Notes: a model not told the origin generated them from the sequence alone. A DNA stretch of 64,000 nucleotides from Candidatus Parcubacteria bacterium (GCA_003694545.1 RFKD01000051.1:4505-68504); one strand, 5' to 3'; numbered from the stretch's first letter, positions 39,198 to 49,215 are shown. Numbers and translations: made by a program.

Positions 39198-40190
39198 AAG
39201 TTCAAGGGACTACGCTTACTTGATTGAGCCTTGCGTAATTCAAAAATAGCGTCTTTGCCATTAATACCGAAGTAACTATAACAGCAATTTCTAATGAGGC
39301 AACATCAGGAATGAGTCGCGCGCCCTAAATTTTAGATAGGATGCTCGCAGAGGAAGTTTTTCTCTCAAGCGCAGGGCGGAGCGGGAGTTTTTCCAACATT
39401 TTTCTCCGTAGGGCCCGTTTATTCTTGAGTTCCCGCTGAGCTTGAGGATGAACGACCCGGCGGGGTCGTCATCCGGTGGAAAGAGAGAGCCACCGTAGCA
39501 TGTTTTTGTAGAAGGAGAAAAACAGATGGTTGCCCTTGCTGAGGAGTATTTGAAAAAGGGCGGCGAGATATCGCCAGTGTGGAAAAACTTTACTGAGAAA
39601 GCGCGAGAGGGGGTACGAGCGCGTCGGCTTTTCTCACTCCCTGAGCGCCTCGAGAAGCGGCGCACGCCAGAAGAGCAAGCAACTCTTGCGATCTCAATGG
39701 CAAAAAGAGGTGGGGCGCTTCAAAGAGCGAGCCGCTTCTCCTCAAGCGCAAGAGAAGTTGGAGTGCGAATCGAAGGGGGCGGAACCAGCTCAGCCCAGCG
39801 GCGTCGCGCGTTGGAGGACATATACGGGAGACCGAACCTCCGCCGTACTATTTGATCTCGGACTGGAGGTGAAGCTGCGTATCTATGGTTTGGTCACATT
39901 ACGTAACAACGAGAAGCTCCAAGAAGTGTTAGAAAAGTAGCTTCGCGTGTGCGAAGCTGTTGCTTAACGAAGCAACAGGCAAAGTAGAAGCGCTTCCGAT
40001 TGATGAAGTGCAAGACCGAGGCGTGTGAGAAATGATCGCAGCCCACGCATGATGCGTCATGGGGCATAACGCTTATTTGCGGGAACGAGGGTTAGGCAAA
40101 AACCATCTGCAGGAGGTGGTGGGTAAGACTATCTTCCGACCTGCCTTGAGTGGGAATGGAAGAGTGTGTTAGTTTTTGGCGCACGGTAGT

Positions 40191-41102
40191 ATGTTTTCAC
40201 GGACGCTTACCAAACTTATTTCTTCGCGTAAAAAGGGCCCCCGAGTCCTTGTGGTGGGCGGGATGCATGGCAATGAGCCTGTTGGGGTGCGGTGGTTTGA
40301 AGCGTTTCAAGAGAAACTCGCGCGGGGCGAATTAACCCTCACGCGCGGGGAAGCACACTTCCTCTTTGGCAATCCTGAGGCGTTCGCGCGGGGGGTGCGG
40401 CACATGGGGTTTGACCTTAACCGGGCGTTCCGCCCGTCTCTGTTGGAGCAAAGCCCGCCCGCGAGCGCGGATGTCGCGCGGGCGCAGGAAATCGCGCGCC
40501 TGTTGGAAGGCGAGCAGTATGACGCGGTGGTGGATTTTCATTCCGTGAGCCGCGGGGATGTGGCGATGGTTGTAACGCGGGTGGAACGGGAAGATGACGA
40601 CAATGTGATAGCTGAAACCGCCGTCGGTGTTCCCCCTGCCTTTCCCATTATTTTTGCGTACCAAGAGGGTGATGTGCCAGGTATGTTTGTTGACTGGGCA
40701 CGTAAGCATTTGAAGGCGGAACAAGCCTATGCTGTTGAGTGCGGCAACCACACTTCGCAGTTGGGAGTTGGGCGTGTATGGGCGTTTGTGCGATGGCTCC
40801 TCGGAGAGCGGCTGGCGATGGTGGAAGGCGCATGGCCCGAGGATGCGTCGCTCGCGAACGCGCAAACAAGCCGCAAAGTGTATCGCGTGGTTGCGCGCAT
40901 TGACGCGAGTGCGGATTTTCGCTGGGAACTCCCCGAAGAACGGCTCCATTCAGAAGAGTTTGTGGAGGAGGGCGAAGTGTACGCACGACGAGAAGGGAAG
41001 GCCTTGTGCGCTCCAGAGCCTTCCTATTTGATGATGCCTGCCGTCACTTTCGCGCCGCAGGACGAAGCCATCGCGTTTTTGTGCCGTAAGGTGGGAGGGT
41101 GA
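40191..41102 (+). CDS. Succinylglutamate desuccinylase/aspartoacylase (AstE/AspA) family
   Basis: GGMHGNEPVG, GNPEA, DLNRAF, DFHS, VECG. Confidence 0.9.
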   Translation: MFSRTLTKLISSRKKGPRVLVVGGMHGNEPVGVRWFEAFQEKLARGELTLTRGEAHFLFGNPEAFARGVRHMGFDLNRAFRPSLLEQSPPASADVARAQEIARLLEGEQYDAVVDFHSVSRGDVAMVVTRVEREDDDNVIAETAVGVPPAFPIIFAYQEGDVPGMFVDWARKHLKAEQAYAVECGNHTSQLGVGRVWAFVRWLLGERLAMVEGAWPEDASLANAQTSRKVYRVVARIDASADFRWELPEERLHSEEFVEEGEVYARREGKALCAPEPSYLMMPAVTFAPQDEAIAFLCRKVGG

Positions 41103-41118
41103 TGCTATACTCCTTGTG

Positions 41119-42210
41119 ATGCGGCGCATTGCTCTTCCTTTTTTACGACAGCGGGAGATGTTGCTTTGGCACAAGCCAGAAGCGTGCGAATTTGCGGATA
41201 TCGCCTATCTCACCGGTTTTCGGGGAACAACTGCGTGGGCCGCCGCAACGCCGCGGGGTGTTTGGCTTTTTGTTGACGCGCGCTATCACGAACGCGCGCG
41301 GAACGAGGCGCACGAAGGAGTGCGGGTGGTTGAAGTGCCAGCGGGAGCCAAGCCTCTTGAAGCGGTCGCGCACTTCGCGCGCGCAAAGCGCGCGCGAAGT
41401 GCGCTTGTGGACCCCTCTATTCCCGCCCTTGTGTTCCGTAGCTTGCGTCGAAAGTTGCGTGCAAGCGGCATAACAACGCGTCTTGCGCGCAAACCGCTTT
41501 TGCGCGAGGCGCGTTCGCGCAAGCGCCCCGAGGAAATCGCGGCCCTTGAACGGGCGCAAGCGCTCACTCAAGCCGCAATAGAAGCGGCGCTCGCGTCCCT
41601 TGCGCCCGGCAAAACGACCGAGCGCGAACTCGCGCTCGAGCTCGAGTGGCAGGGAAGGCGGCGGGGAGCGGAGCGCGCCGCCTTCCCTCCCATTGTTGCT
41701 TTTGGACCCAACAGCGCCTTGCCGCATGCGACGGCGCGCGACGCGCGCGTCGCACAGCGTGGCGCCCTGCTGATTGACGCCGGATTCGTGCTTGACGGCT
41801 ACTGCGGCGATTGCACGCGCACCTTTTGGATCGGCGGCAAACCCGAGCAGATGTTCCTTGCGGCGTACAACACCGTCTTTCGCGCCTACGAAGCTGCGCG
41901 TCGCGCGGCAACCTTCGCGCGCAGCGCAGAAGCGCGCGCCATTGACGCGGCGGCGCGCCAAGTGATTGACGCAAGCATCTTTCGCGGCGCCTTTCTCCAC
42001 AGCACGGGGCACGGCGTTGGGTTGGAAATTCACGAATCCCCGTTCCTTTCTCGCTGGAGCGATGAAGTTCTGGGCGGCGGAGAGGTCGTGACCATCGAGC
42101 CGGGGATTTACCTTTCGGGCAAGTTCGGCGTGCGCCTTGAGGATATGGTTGTCGCGGGAGAAGGGCGGGTGTTGGGGTCGGAGGTTCCGCGCGAGGTGAT
42201 GTGCAGGTAG
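41119..42210 (+). CDS. Xaa-Pro peptidase (M24)
   Basis: YLTGFRG, DARY, LIDAG..YCGDCTRT, HSTGHGVGLEIHE, TIEPGIY, GVRLEDMV. Confidence 0.95.
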   Translation: MRRIALPFLRQREMLLWHKPEACEFADIAYLTGFRGTTAWAAATPRGVWLFVDARYHERARNEAHEGVRVVEVPAGAKPLEAVAHFARAKRARSALVDPSIPALVFRSLRRKLRASGITTRLARKPLLREARSRKRPEEIAALERAQALTQAAIEAALASLAPGKTTERELALELEWQGRRRGAERAAFPPIVAFGPNSALPHATARDARVAQRGALLIDAGFVLDGYCGDCTRTFWIGGKPEQMFLAAYNTVFRAYEAARRAATFARSAEARAIDAAARQVIDASIFRGAFLHSTGHGVGLEIHESPFLSRWSDEVLGGGEVVTIEPGIYLSGKFGVRLEDMVVAGEGRVLGSEVPREVMCR

Positions 42211-42214
42211 CTTC

Positions 42215-42604
42215 TTGACCAATCGGGAGATGTTTGTTAGGATACGATCGCGCTATGAATTGCGCTTCTTTCGCACAACTCCGCTTCATTTGGATTCTCC
42301 TTAGTGGGGGGCGGGGTGCTGTGCGCATGCAATTCTAGCGCACAGGAGAGATTTCAGAAAAACACCCTGCCCCCTCTTCCAAAAAGAGGGGGCAGGGTGT
42401 TTGTTGGTCTTTTTGGTCTTTGATAACGATACATCGCTAAAAAGGCCCCTTGGCAACTTTCTCTTTGTCTGCCTCTTTGACACTGATGTGTGCCGGTTTT
42501 TGAAAGGTCGAGGGAGCGCGCGCTGTTACCAAAACACAACGCGCTCCCTCGCCCTTTCCCGGCACCGTGGTGGTGTTGGGCGGCGAGGCAAAGAGGGGAA
42601 GAAG
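42215..42604 (+). promoter_or_regulatory. Sigma70 promoter and long structured leader
   Basis: TTGACC (42215), 17-bp spacer, TAGGAT (42238); long stem 42251-42340; perfect 19-bp hairpin 42360-42402. Confidence 0.6.
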
Positions 42605-43684
42605 ATGGCTCAGATAAAGGTCGTGGAGCGACGCGATCATCATCTCTGCCCTCTGTTTCTGAAGGAGGGCGATACTGCTTGGCCCGAGTGGGCAAAGCGG
42701 AAGTTATGCAACGTCACACTCCCAAAATATAGCCAGGGTTGGAAGAACTATCTTTATCAGCATCGTCCGGGGGAATTCAACCCCCCAGCATTGCACGGGG
42801 GAATGTTCGTGCAGGTGGATTGCTTCCTCCTAGAGGATGGCCGAGAAATCGTAATCTGCGAGATAGAAAACTCGATCGCCGGCTACGATTTGCTTAGGAT
42901 CCTCCACCCGAATTTGGGAGATGCGTGGAGAGAGGCTCTTAACAAATGGGCCCCTGCTGGTGTGTGGGTTGTTTTCTCGCATCCCGAGAAAAAACAAAGT
43001 ACGCTGTACTTTGAATGGGGTGGTAAGCCCACTCGAAAGCAACTAGAAATGAGTGGTTTCGTCGGGATCGTTGGACCCGGCGACCCTCTTCCTCATGAGG
43101 GAAGCTTTCAGCCCAGAACTTCACGCCCTCTCTCTTGGCTCAGGCGTCCGGGCCCATACTCAGATGTGCTGCAGGACCTCTATTTAAGGCGTGCGATTTC
43201 GGAGCGTAGCATGGTGCCGAATGTGGACGACCCGAGGTGGTCTCTTTGGGACTCACGGGTGGTGAATGATTCTAAGGCGCCGTACCTTTCCCTTATTGAC
43301 GCTCAAGTTTTGGAGAGCGTCGAGGGATTCGAGGGAAAGTTCGAATATACTTGTCGCGCGAAGCCGCTTCGTGACCACTACGGTGGGTACGGGCACATCA
43401 CGATCACGCAGGACGGAAAAAGGAAAAAAAAAATCGCAGAACTCCGGCACGAGTTGAAGTGTCGTGGTCCTTACGCGATACAGAAAGAATATACTCCGCC
43501 ATCTTGTGACATTCCGGGGATCGGCCGATGCGTATATATCGACCGGGTGTTTTGTGCGCTCGACACCGACTTGCGGTGGAAATATGCTGGCGGACTACGG
43601 TGCTACATGCCGGCTTCCTGCCGGGAAGCACAGCGCAACAGAATACACGGAAACCCCGAAACTATTTGGGCTTGCATATGGTAA
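42605..43684 (+). CDS. Divergent circularly permuted ATP-grasp-like protein
   Basis: FVQVDCFL...VICEIENSIAG precedes AKPLRDHYGGYG and YAIQKEYTPP, the motif order of GSP-synthase/CP-ATP-grasp ligases. Confidence 0.55.
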   Translation: MAQIKVVERRDHHLCPLFLKEGDTAWPEWAKRKLCNVTLPKYSQGWKNYLYQHRPGEFNPPALHGGMFVQVDCFLLEDGREIVICEIENSIAGYDLLRILHPNLGDAWREALNKWAPAGVWVVFSHPEKKQSTLYFEWGGKPTRKQLEMSGFVGIVGPGDPLPHEGSFQPRTSRPLSWLRRPGPYSDVLQDLYLRRAISERSMVPNVDDPRWSLWDSRVVNDSKAPYLSLIDAQVLESVEGFEGKFEYTCRAKPLRDHYGGYGHITITQDGKRKKKIAELRHELKCRGPYAIQKEYTPPSCDIPGIGRCVYIDRVFCALDTDLRWKYAGGLRCYMPASCREAQRNRIHGNPETIWACIW

Positions 43685-43692
43685 GAGCCCAC

Positions 43693-43724
43693 AAGACCCA
43701 AGCGTTTGCTTGGGTCTTCTTTTT
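43693..43724 (+). terminator. Intrinsic terminator
   Basis: AAGACCCAAGC-GTTT-GCTTGGGTCTT followed by CTTTTT. Confidence 0.8.
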
Positions 43725-43779
43725 GCTTTCAAAAACTCAAGATTTATAGTATTGTTGTGTTGAGTTCATTTGTATTTGT

Positions 43780-44910
43780 ATGAGAACAGTGCTTTCGCCC
43801 GTTGTTCGAAACGATATACTCCACCTTACGCGGCGCCTTGTCCAAATTCGATCTGTAGATGGCGATAGGAAGGCGCTCGAACAAGCCCTAGAAACTGCCG
43901 TGCAGACGCTTAAGTCAGTAGGTTTTACCATTGAGCGCTTTGTGAGCAACGGATATCCAAGCGTTTTGGCATATCCGACAACCCACCGCCCAAAGCGTTT
44001 CCGACTTTTGTTTAATGGACATCTGGATGTTGTTCCCGGGAAGGCGCATCAGTATCACCCAACGATAGCAGGCGGCAAGCTGTATGGGGTTGGCTCTATG
44101 GACATGAAGGCGAATGTTGCCGCTATGGTGCATGCTTTGCAGGGGTTTGCGCGTTCTCAGGTGCCTGTAGGAATTCAGTTGGTTACCGATGAACAAGTGG
44201 GAGGAGTGCACGGAACCCTCCATCAAATTCAAAAAGGGGTGCGGGCTGATTTTGTTATTGCGGGTGAGTCCACAAATCTCAACATAGCTCACGCCAGTAA
44301 AGGGATTCTGTGGCTCCAGCTACGCGCGCAAGGCAAATCAGCGCATGGCGCTTACCCTTGGCGAGGAAAGAACGCTCTGTTGTTGATCACGGAAGCGGTA
44401 CAATCTCTTATCCGAGAATTTGAAGAAGGTTTTCATGGCAGAGGATTGAATCATTGGGTCTCCACTTTAAATGTCGCGCGTATTGAGACCCCCAACACGG
44501 CGTATAACAAGGTTCCTGATGAAGCCTTCGCCTATTTAGATGTTCGTTTTATTCCCGAGGAGGGTCGGGGTAATGTGTTGGGTCGCGTTCGTCGCGCTCT
44601 TCCTTCGGGAGTACGGGTAACTCTTGTGATGGATGAACCCGCGATGTGGACCCCTGAGGATCTGCCTGATGTTATGTTGCTGCAACAAGTCACGCGACAA
44701 GTGGTAGGAAGGCGTCCTCGCTTATATCGAGCACAAGGATCTTCTGACGCGCGACATTTCGCACGTGTGGGGGGATTTGGTGTAGAATTCGGTCCTGTTG
44801 GAGGCGGACGGAATACGGATAGAGAATGGGTAGACATAGAAAGTGTATTTCGGTTCGCGGAGGTTCTTTCGCGCTACATCCAGGCGGTTATAGCAAACAA
44901 GGCTCACTAG
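43780..44910 (+). CDS. M20 family metallopeptidase/amidohydrolase (ArgE/DapE-like)
   Basis: NGHLDVVP, LYGVGSMDMK, TDEQVGG, IAGES, SAHGAYPWRG, SSDARHF. Confidence 0.92.
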   Translation: MRTVLSPVVRNDILHLTRRLVQIRSVDGDRKALEQALETAVQTLKSVGFTIERFVSNGYPSVLAYPTTHRPKRFRLLFNGHLDVVPGKAHQYHPTIAGGKLYGVGSMDMKANVAAMVHALQGFARSQVPVGIQLVTDEQVGGVHGTLHQIQKGVRADFVIAGESTNLNIAHASKGILWLQLRAQGKSAHGAYPWRGKNALLLITEAVQSLIREFEEGFHGRGLNHWVSTLNVARIETPNTAYNKVPDEAFAYLDVRFIPEEGRGNVLGRVRRALPSGVRVTLVMDEPAMWTPEDLPDVMLLQQVTRQVVGRRPRLYRAQGSSDARHFARVGGFGVEFGPVGGGRNTDREWVDIESVFRFAEVLSRYIQAVIANKAH

Positions 44911-45111
44911 GGGAAGCGCTGCGAGAAGCGAGGCTATTTCTGAAATAGTACGCCAGCTTATCGATAAGAAGTGTTGAGCGTTGCGTTTCTCCGGCGCAAA
45001 TTCCTTACCGAAGGATCATGAAAAGTAGCTAGATACCTCCCTGTACCCTCCGGAACTTTTTTCGTGAAGGGAGTTTGCTTATCACACCTAGTCTGCTAGG
45101 ATAGAGACTGT

Positions 45112-46236
45112 ATGTTGAACGGAAGCGCGCGGGCGATAGAAAGCGCTATTGCGCGATGGGGAGAAGGGGTTGGTTTGGATCTCTCTTTTGCCGTTTTTGG
45201 GCACACGCTTGCGGAGTATTTCGCGAGCGTGGTGGTGTTCGCGGCCGCGTTTGTTGCCTTTAAGGTTTTGCAATGGCTCGTTTTGCGCAAGGTAAAGGCG
45301 CTTGCCGAGCGCACGGCAACAGAGTTGGACGATACTTTCGTGAAGATGGTGGCAAGCTTCCGCCCGCCGTTTTACGCATTTTTGGCGTTTTGGCTTGCTG
45401 TGCAATACTTGGGGGCGCACGGCGTGTGGGCGAAAATCCTGACGGCGGTTGCGATCGTGTGGGCGGTTTATCAGGCGGTCATCACGCTTGGGATTCTCGT
45501 TGAAGATCTCCTCCTCAAAAAGATCGCGAAGGATAAGGATCCCAACACGCAAGCCGCGTTGCGCCTTCTGGCAAACTTCGGCAAGGGGGCGCTGTGGGGG
45601 CTTGGCATCGTTCTTTTGCTTGCCAATTTGGGCGTGGATGTTTCTTCCTTGCTTGCGGGGGTGGGGATTGGCGGTATTGCGATCGCGTTTGCCGTGCAGG
45701 GCATCCTTTCGGATCTTTTTAATTCCTTTTCCCTTTACTTCGACAAGCCGTTTGTCGTGGGCGATTTCATTGTCCTGCCCGACGGCAAGATGGGGACGGT
45801 CAAACACATTGGCTTGAAATCCACCCGCGTTACCTCGCTGACGGGGGAAGAGATTGTCGTTCCTAACTCCGTTCTGACAGGTTCTTCTATCCAAAATTTC
45901 AAGCGAATGCAGGAGCGCCGCATCACCTTTACACTTGGGGTGGGGTATCACACATCGGTGGACAAACTGCGGCGTGCCCTACAAGTCGTGCGCGAAGCCA
46001 TTGAAGCGCGTGATCAGGTGCGGTTCGATCGCGTGCACTTCAAGCAATTTGGCGACTTCGCGCTCATAATTGAGGCGGTGTATTACCTTCAAAACCCCGA
46101 CTACACCTTCTATATGGACACGCAGCAGGCAATTAATTTCGCTATCAAGGAAGCGTTTGAAAAAGAGGGGATTGCAATTGCGTTTCCCACGCAAACCGTT
46201 TATTTGCGTAAAGACGCTGGCGATTTATCTTCTTAA
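45112..46236 (+). CDS. MscS family mechanosensitive channel
   Basis: LLAGVGIGGIAIAFAVQ, DKPFVVGDFI, IGLKSTR, VVPNS, IAFPTQTV. Confidence 0.95.
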   Translation: MLNGSARAIESAIARWGEGVGLDLSFAVFGHTLAEYFASVVVFAAAFVAFKVLQWLVLRKVKALAERTATELDDTFVKMVASFRPPFYAFLAFWLAVQYLGAHGVWAKILTAVAIVWAVYQAVITLGILVEDLLLKKIAKDKDPNTQAALRLLANFGKGALWGLGIVLLLANLGVDVSSLLAGVGIGGIAIAFAVQGILSDLFNSFSLYFDKPFVVGDFIVLPDGKMGTVKHIGLKSTRVTSLTGEEIVVPNSVLTGSSIQNFKRMQERRITFTLGVGYHTSVDKLRRALQVVREAIEARDQVRFDRVHFKQFGDFALIIEAVYYLQNPDYTFYMDTQQAINFAIKEAFEKEGIAIAFPTQTVYLRKDAGDLSS

Positions 46237-46257
46237 AACCTCGCAAGGCGCGGTTTT

Positions 46258-47529
46258 CTAGCGTTCCTTGCGCAGAAGCGCTTCGCGCACTCGGGGTAAG
46301 ACGCCTTCACGAAACCATTCCTCGCGCTCATCGAGATCTCCCGCGAGCACCGCTTGGAGGCCCATCCCCGTTGCGTGCCGCAAGGACAGATCAACAGACG
46401 ACAACGAAAGAGCGTAAAGCACGCGATCGCCCGTTGAAGCGGCGGAGATTCCCCCTGTGGTGATGATTCCCGTGAGCGCGCCGCTTTCGAGAAACACGCC
46501 GCCTCCCGATGCTCCCTTTTGGGCGAGAATCACCCCTGGCAGGGAAAATATCGCCGCAATGGAAGGGTCGCTTGAAAAGGCATAGCGCTCCGCGACGGTT
46601 GCGATAGTGCTCACGGGATACAACGCCCGCTCAATGATTTCGGGGGAGTAAAACTCCACAGGATACGCCGCAACGAGCACCTCTTGTCCTTTTTGCGGGA
46701 TAGTCGGCAGCCACGGCGCGGCGGTGCGCGTTGTGAGGTCGGCGCCTGGAGCGGCGCTCTTGAGGCGCAAGAGGGCGTAATCATACTCGCCCGTGGAGAG
46801 ATAGGATTCACGGGTTGTTGCAATGGCGGCGTTTTCCTGTGCCCACGCAAGCGGCAAGAACAACAGCGACGCTTCGCCCAAGGGGCGCGCCGGGGCGCCT
46901 GAGCGCACCTCACAACGCACATCTCCAAACTCCGGCGTTCCGGAAAGCGCAAGCGGGTAGGCAATATGGGCATTGGTGAGGATTACGCCGCGCTGGTCGA
47001 TGAACACGCCAGATCCTGAAATAGATGAGACGAGGACGCCTTGCGTGGTGGTTGCCTGCCGTATACAGCGGATATTCACCAGAGACGAGCGTGCTTTTTG
47101 GTTGATGACGCTCCATTGGGCAGGGGGTTGTGGCTGGGAGGAGGGGGTGGAGACGGGTATGTTTGGCGTTGTTGTTGAGGTGGGCGCGCGGGAAGGTTGA
47201 TCGGAAGGCGGGCGCGCTTGCGCGCTTTTGCCGCCTCGGGCAGAAGCGGGGGAAGTTGTGGCTTGCGTTCGCGGCGCGGGCGCTGAGAGTTCGGGGGAAG
47301 CGTCTGGTTGCGGTTGCGGGGGTGTTTGATTCGAAGAGGAGGGGTGAGTTAGGAGGGTGGGCATTGCGTCTGCCGCGGTATCCTCGCGCGAAGCCTTGGC
47401 GGCTTCTTCTTGCGCATTGGCTGGCGCGTTGCCTTGCGTCTCTTGCCGCGTTTCCGGTTGCCCTATTCCCACAAAGCCGGCAAGGGCGGCGATAACGCCG
47501 AGAAACCACGCAATAATGGCTTGCGTCAT
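46258..47529 (-). CDS. Exported trypsin-like serine protease with a Pro/Ser/Thr-rich linker
   Basis: SGSGVFI..LTNAH, DYALL, GASGGG triad; N-terminal signal or anchor. Confidence 0.85.
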   Translation of the reverse strand: MTQAIIAWFLGVIAALAGFVGIGQPETRQETQGNAPANAQEEAAKASREDTAADAMPTLLTHPSSSNQTPPQPQPDASPELSAPAPRTQATTSPASARGGKSAQARPPSDQPSRAPTSTTTPNIPVSTPSSQPQPPAQWSVINQKARSSLVNIRCIRQATTTQGVLVSSISGSGVFIDQRGVILTNAHIAYPLALSGTPEFGDVRCEVRSGAPARPLGEASLLFLPLAWAQENAAIATTRESYLSTGEYDYALLRLKSAAPGADLTTRTAAPWLPTIPQKGQEVLVAAYPVEFYSPEIIERALYPVSTIATVAERYAFSSDPSIAAIFSLPGVILAQKGASGGGVFLESGALTGIITTGGISAASTGDRVLYALSLSSVDLSLRHATGMGLQAVLAGDLDEREEWFREGVLPRVREALLRKER

Positions 47530-47582
47530 AGCCGTTACCATAGCACACACGCCAGCCTTGCGGCGAGAAAGGGGTGATGGTA

Positions 47583-47623
47583 TTTGTCAACTCTTGACAA
47601 AACTTAAAAATGTTTTATAGCTT
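47583..47623 (+). promoter_or_regulatory. Promoter with a palindrome over the -35 box
   Basis: TTTGTCAA-CTC-TTGACAAA (47583-47601) contains TTGACA; TAGCTT lies 18 bp downstream. Confidence 0.5.
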
Positions 47624-47728
47624 GATTTTTTGACCTTCTGAGGCTACGATACAAATACCCCAAAAGGTCGTAAGTGGGTGGGTTTTGCAGACCCATTACC
47701 GGCATTATAGGCGTTAACGCTTTTTGCT

Positions 47729-47947
47729 ATGACAACGACAACTGATCTTGAACTCCTTACCACCCTCGTTGTTGCTGAGGAAGAGGAAGAAATTGATCCG
47801 GAAGAAGAGCCGACAGAAGACCCAGAGGAAGCTGCTGATGAGGGCGACCAGGAGGAGGAGGAAGAAGAAGCTCCTTCTTCTGAAGAGTTTGCTGAAGATG
47901 AGGGTAACCTCGAGGAGGAAGAAGATGGTGAAGAAGAGGACAACTAA
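47729..47947 (+). CDS. Ultra-acidic 72-aa microprotein
   Basis: 38 of 72 residues are D/E and there is no K/R/H; it has its own promoter and terminator. Confidence 0.7.
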   Translation: MTTTTDLELLTTLVVAEEEEEIDPEEEPTEDPEEAADEGDQEEEEEEAPSSEEFAEDEGNLEEEEDGEEEDN

Positions 47948-47979
47948 ACTACTTTCCCACCTCATTTGAAGGTTTTTGC

Positions 47980-48008
47980 ACCACCCCCGCCTTTTAGGCG
48001 GGGGTGGT
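47980..48008. terminator. Terminator-like hairpin
   Basis: ACCACCCCCGCCT-TTT-AGGCGGGGGTGGT, a 13-bp stem followed by T-rich sequence. Confidence 0.7.
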
Positions 48009-48096
48009 CTTTGGTTTGTTGATGGGAAAAGCGCTGGTGCAAAGCTTGGGGAGAAGGAAGCTGAAAAGGGAATGGGAAGAAGGGGCCGGCAGGCTT

Positions 48097-49215
48097 TTAC
48101 GCTTCTTTCTCATGCACGGCGCTTTCTAGCCGTTCGCGCAGAGAAGCCTTACGACTGCGCCGGTCCTTCAAGCGTGTGAGAGCGCGTAAGGCTAGCCAGA
48201 GGAAGGTTGCTGCGCCCAGAATAAGGATCGCCCAACCAATCCACGCCTGCCGGAGCACCGCCGCCGCGGCGCTGAGCGCCGCGGCGGCGGTGCGTCGCCA
48301 CCAGAGGGAGAAGGGCTCAGATTCACGAGAAGGCAGACCTTGGCGCTCTGCTTCCCACGCGCGCGCGAGCGCTTGGGCCTGCGTCTCAAGGCGTTGCGCC
48401 CCTTGCCGCGCGAGAGAATTCACACCCTCCGCGATAGGCGCCGCGCGTGATACCGCCGTACGAGCAAAGGAGCGCGCCGTCGCGCCGCTTATCGCTCGGT
48501 TGGAAGGCAAGAGATCCTCTCCGTCGACAACGCCGTCGCCGTCGGTATCGGCGTCAAGGGGGTTGGTGTCCTTGCGCGCCTCTTCCCCGTCGGTAAGTTT
48601 GTCGCCATCTGAATCAGCCTTGAGTGGGCTTGTGCCGCCCGCGAGCTCTTCGTTATCGGAAAGTCCATCACCATCTGTGTCGGGGTTGCGGGGATTGGTG
48701 CCAAGCTCTCGTTCTTGTTCGTCGGGAATGCCGTCATTGTCGTCGTCCGTATCTTGGTTGTCGCCAAAACGATCGTCATCAGTATCCCGGTCGACAATGA
48801 GAGTCATTGGGGGTGTAGTGGTCTCATTGTTTTCGGGAATCGGGAGGGGTGTTTTGCCGAGGATAGTTTTGCGGGCAACCCGAACGATCCGGACTTTCAG
48901 GGTGTAATCGCCTTCTTGCGCGGTCCATAACATTCTTGCGACAGCGCTTCCTTGAGGACCAAGTTCTACGGTTGTGGTCGCCACAACCGACTCATCAATA
49001 AAGACTGCCACCTCCGCCTCACGCGTTTCTTCGCTCGTGTTCCACAGGGGCACAAAGATTTTCACCTGCTCTCCCGCAAAAAACTCCGAAGGCTCGATCC
49101 ACAGTGGTCGGTTTATGATAGCAACAGGAGAGGCCGCAACGGCATATTCCCCGCCTGCCCACACGAGCCAAGCAAGCAGCGCGCTTCCCACGAAGAAGTT
49201 CCATTTGTCGCGCAT
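48097..49215 (-). CDS. Surface protein with Ig/CARDB-like domain and bacterial TSP3-type Ca-binding repeats
   Basis: Signal peptide, repeated D[TS]DGDG.[ST]D..E...GT.P, C-terminal TM helix. Confidence 0.8.
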   Translation of the reverse strand: MRDKWNFFVGSALLAWLVWAGGEYAVAASPVAIINRPLWIEPSEFFAGEQVKIFVPLWNTSEETREAEVAVFIDESVVATTTVELGPQGSAVARMLWTAQEGDYTLKVRIVRVARKTILGKTPLPIPENNETTTPPMTLIVDRDTDDDRFGDNQDTDDDNDGIPDEQERELGTNPRNPDTDGDGLSDNEELAGGTSPLKADSDGDKLTDGEEARKDTNPLDADTDGDGVVDGEDLLPSNRAISGATARSFARTAVSRAAPIAEGVNSLARQGAQRLETQAQALARAWEAERQGLPSRESEPFSLWWRRTAAAALSAAAAVLRQAWIGWAILILGAATFLWLALRALTRLKDRRSRKASLRERLESAVHEKEA

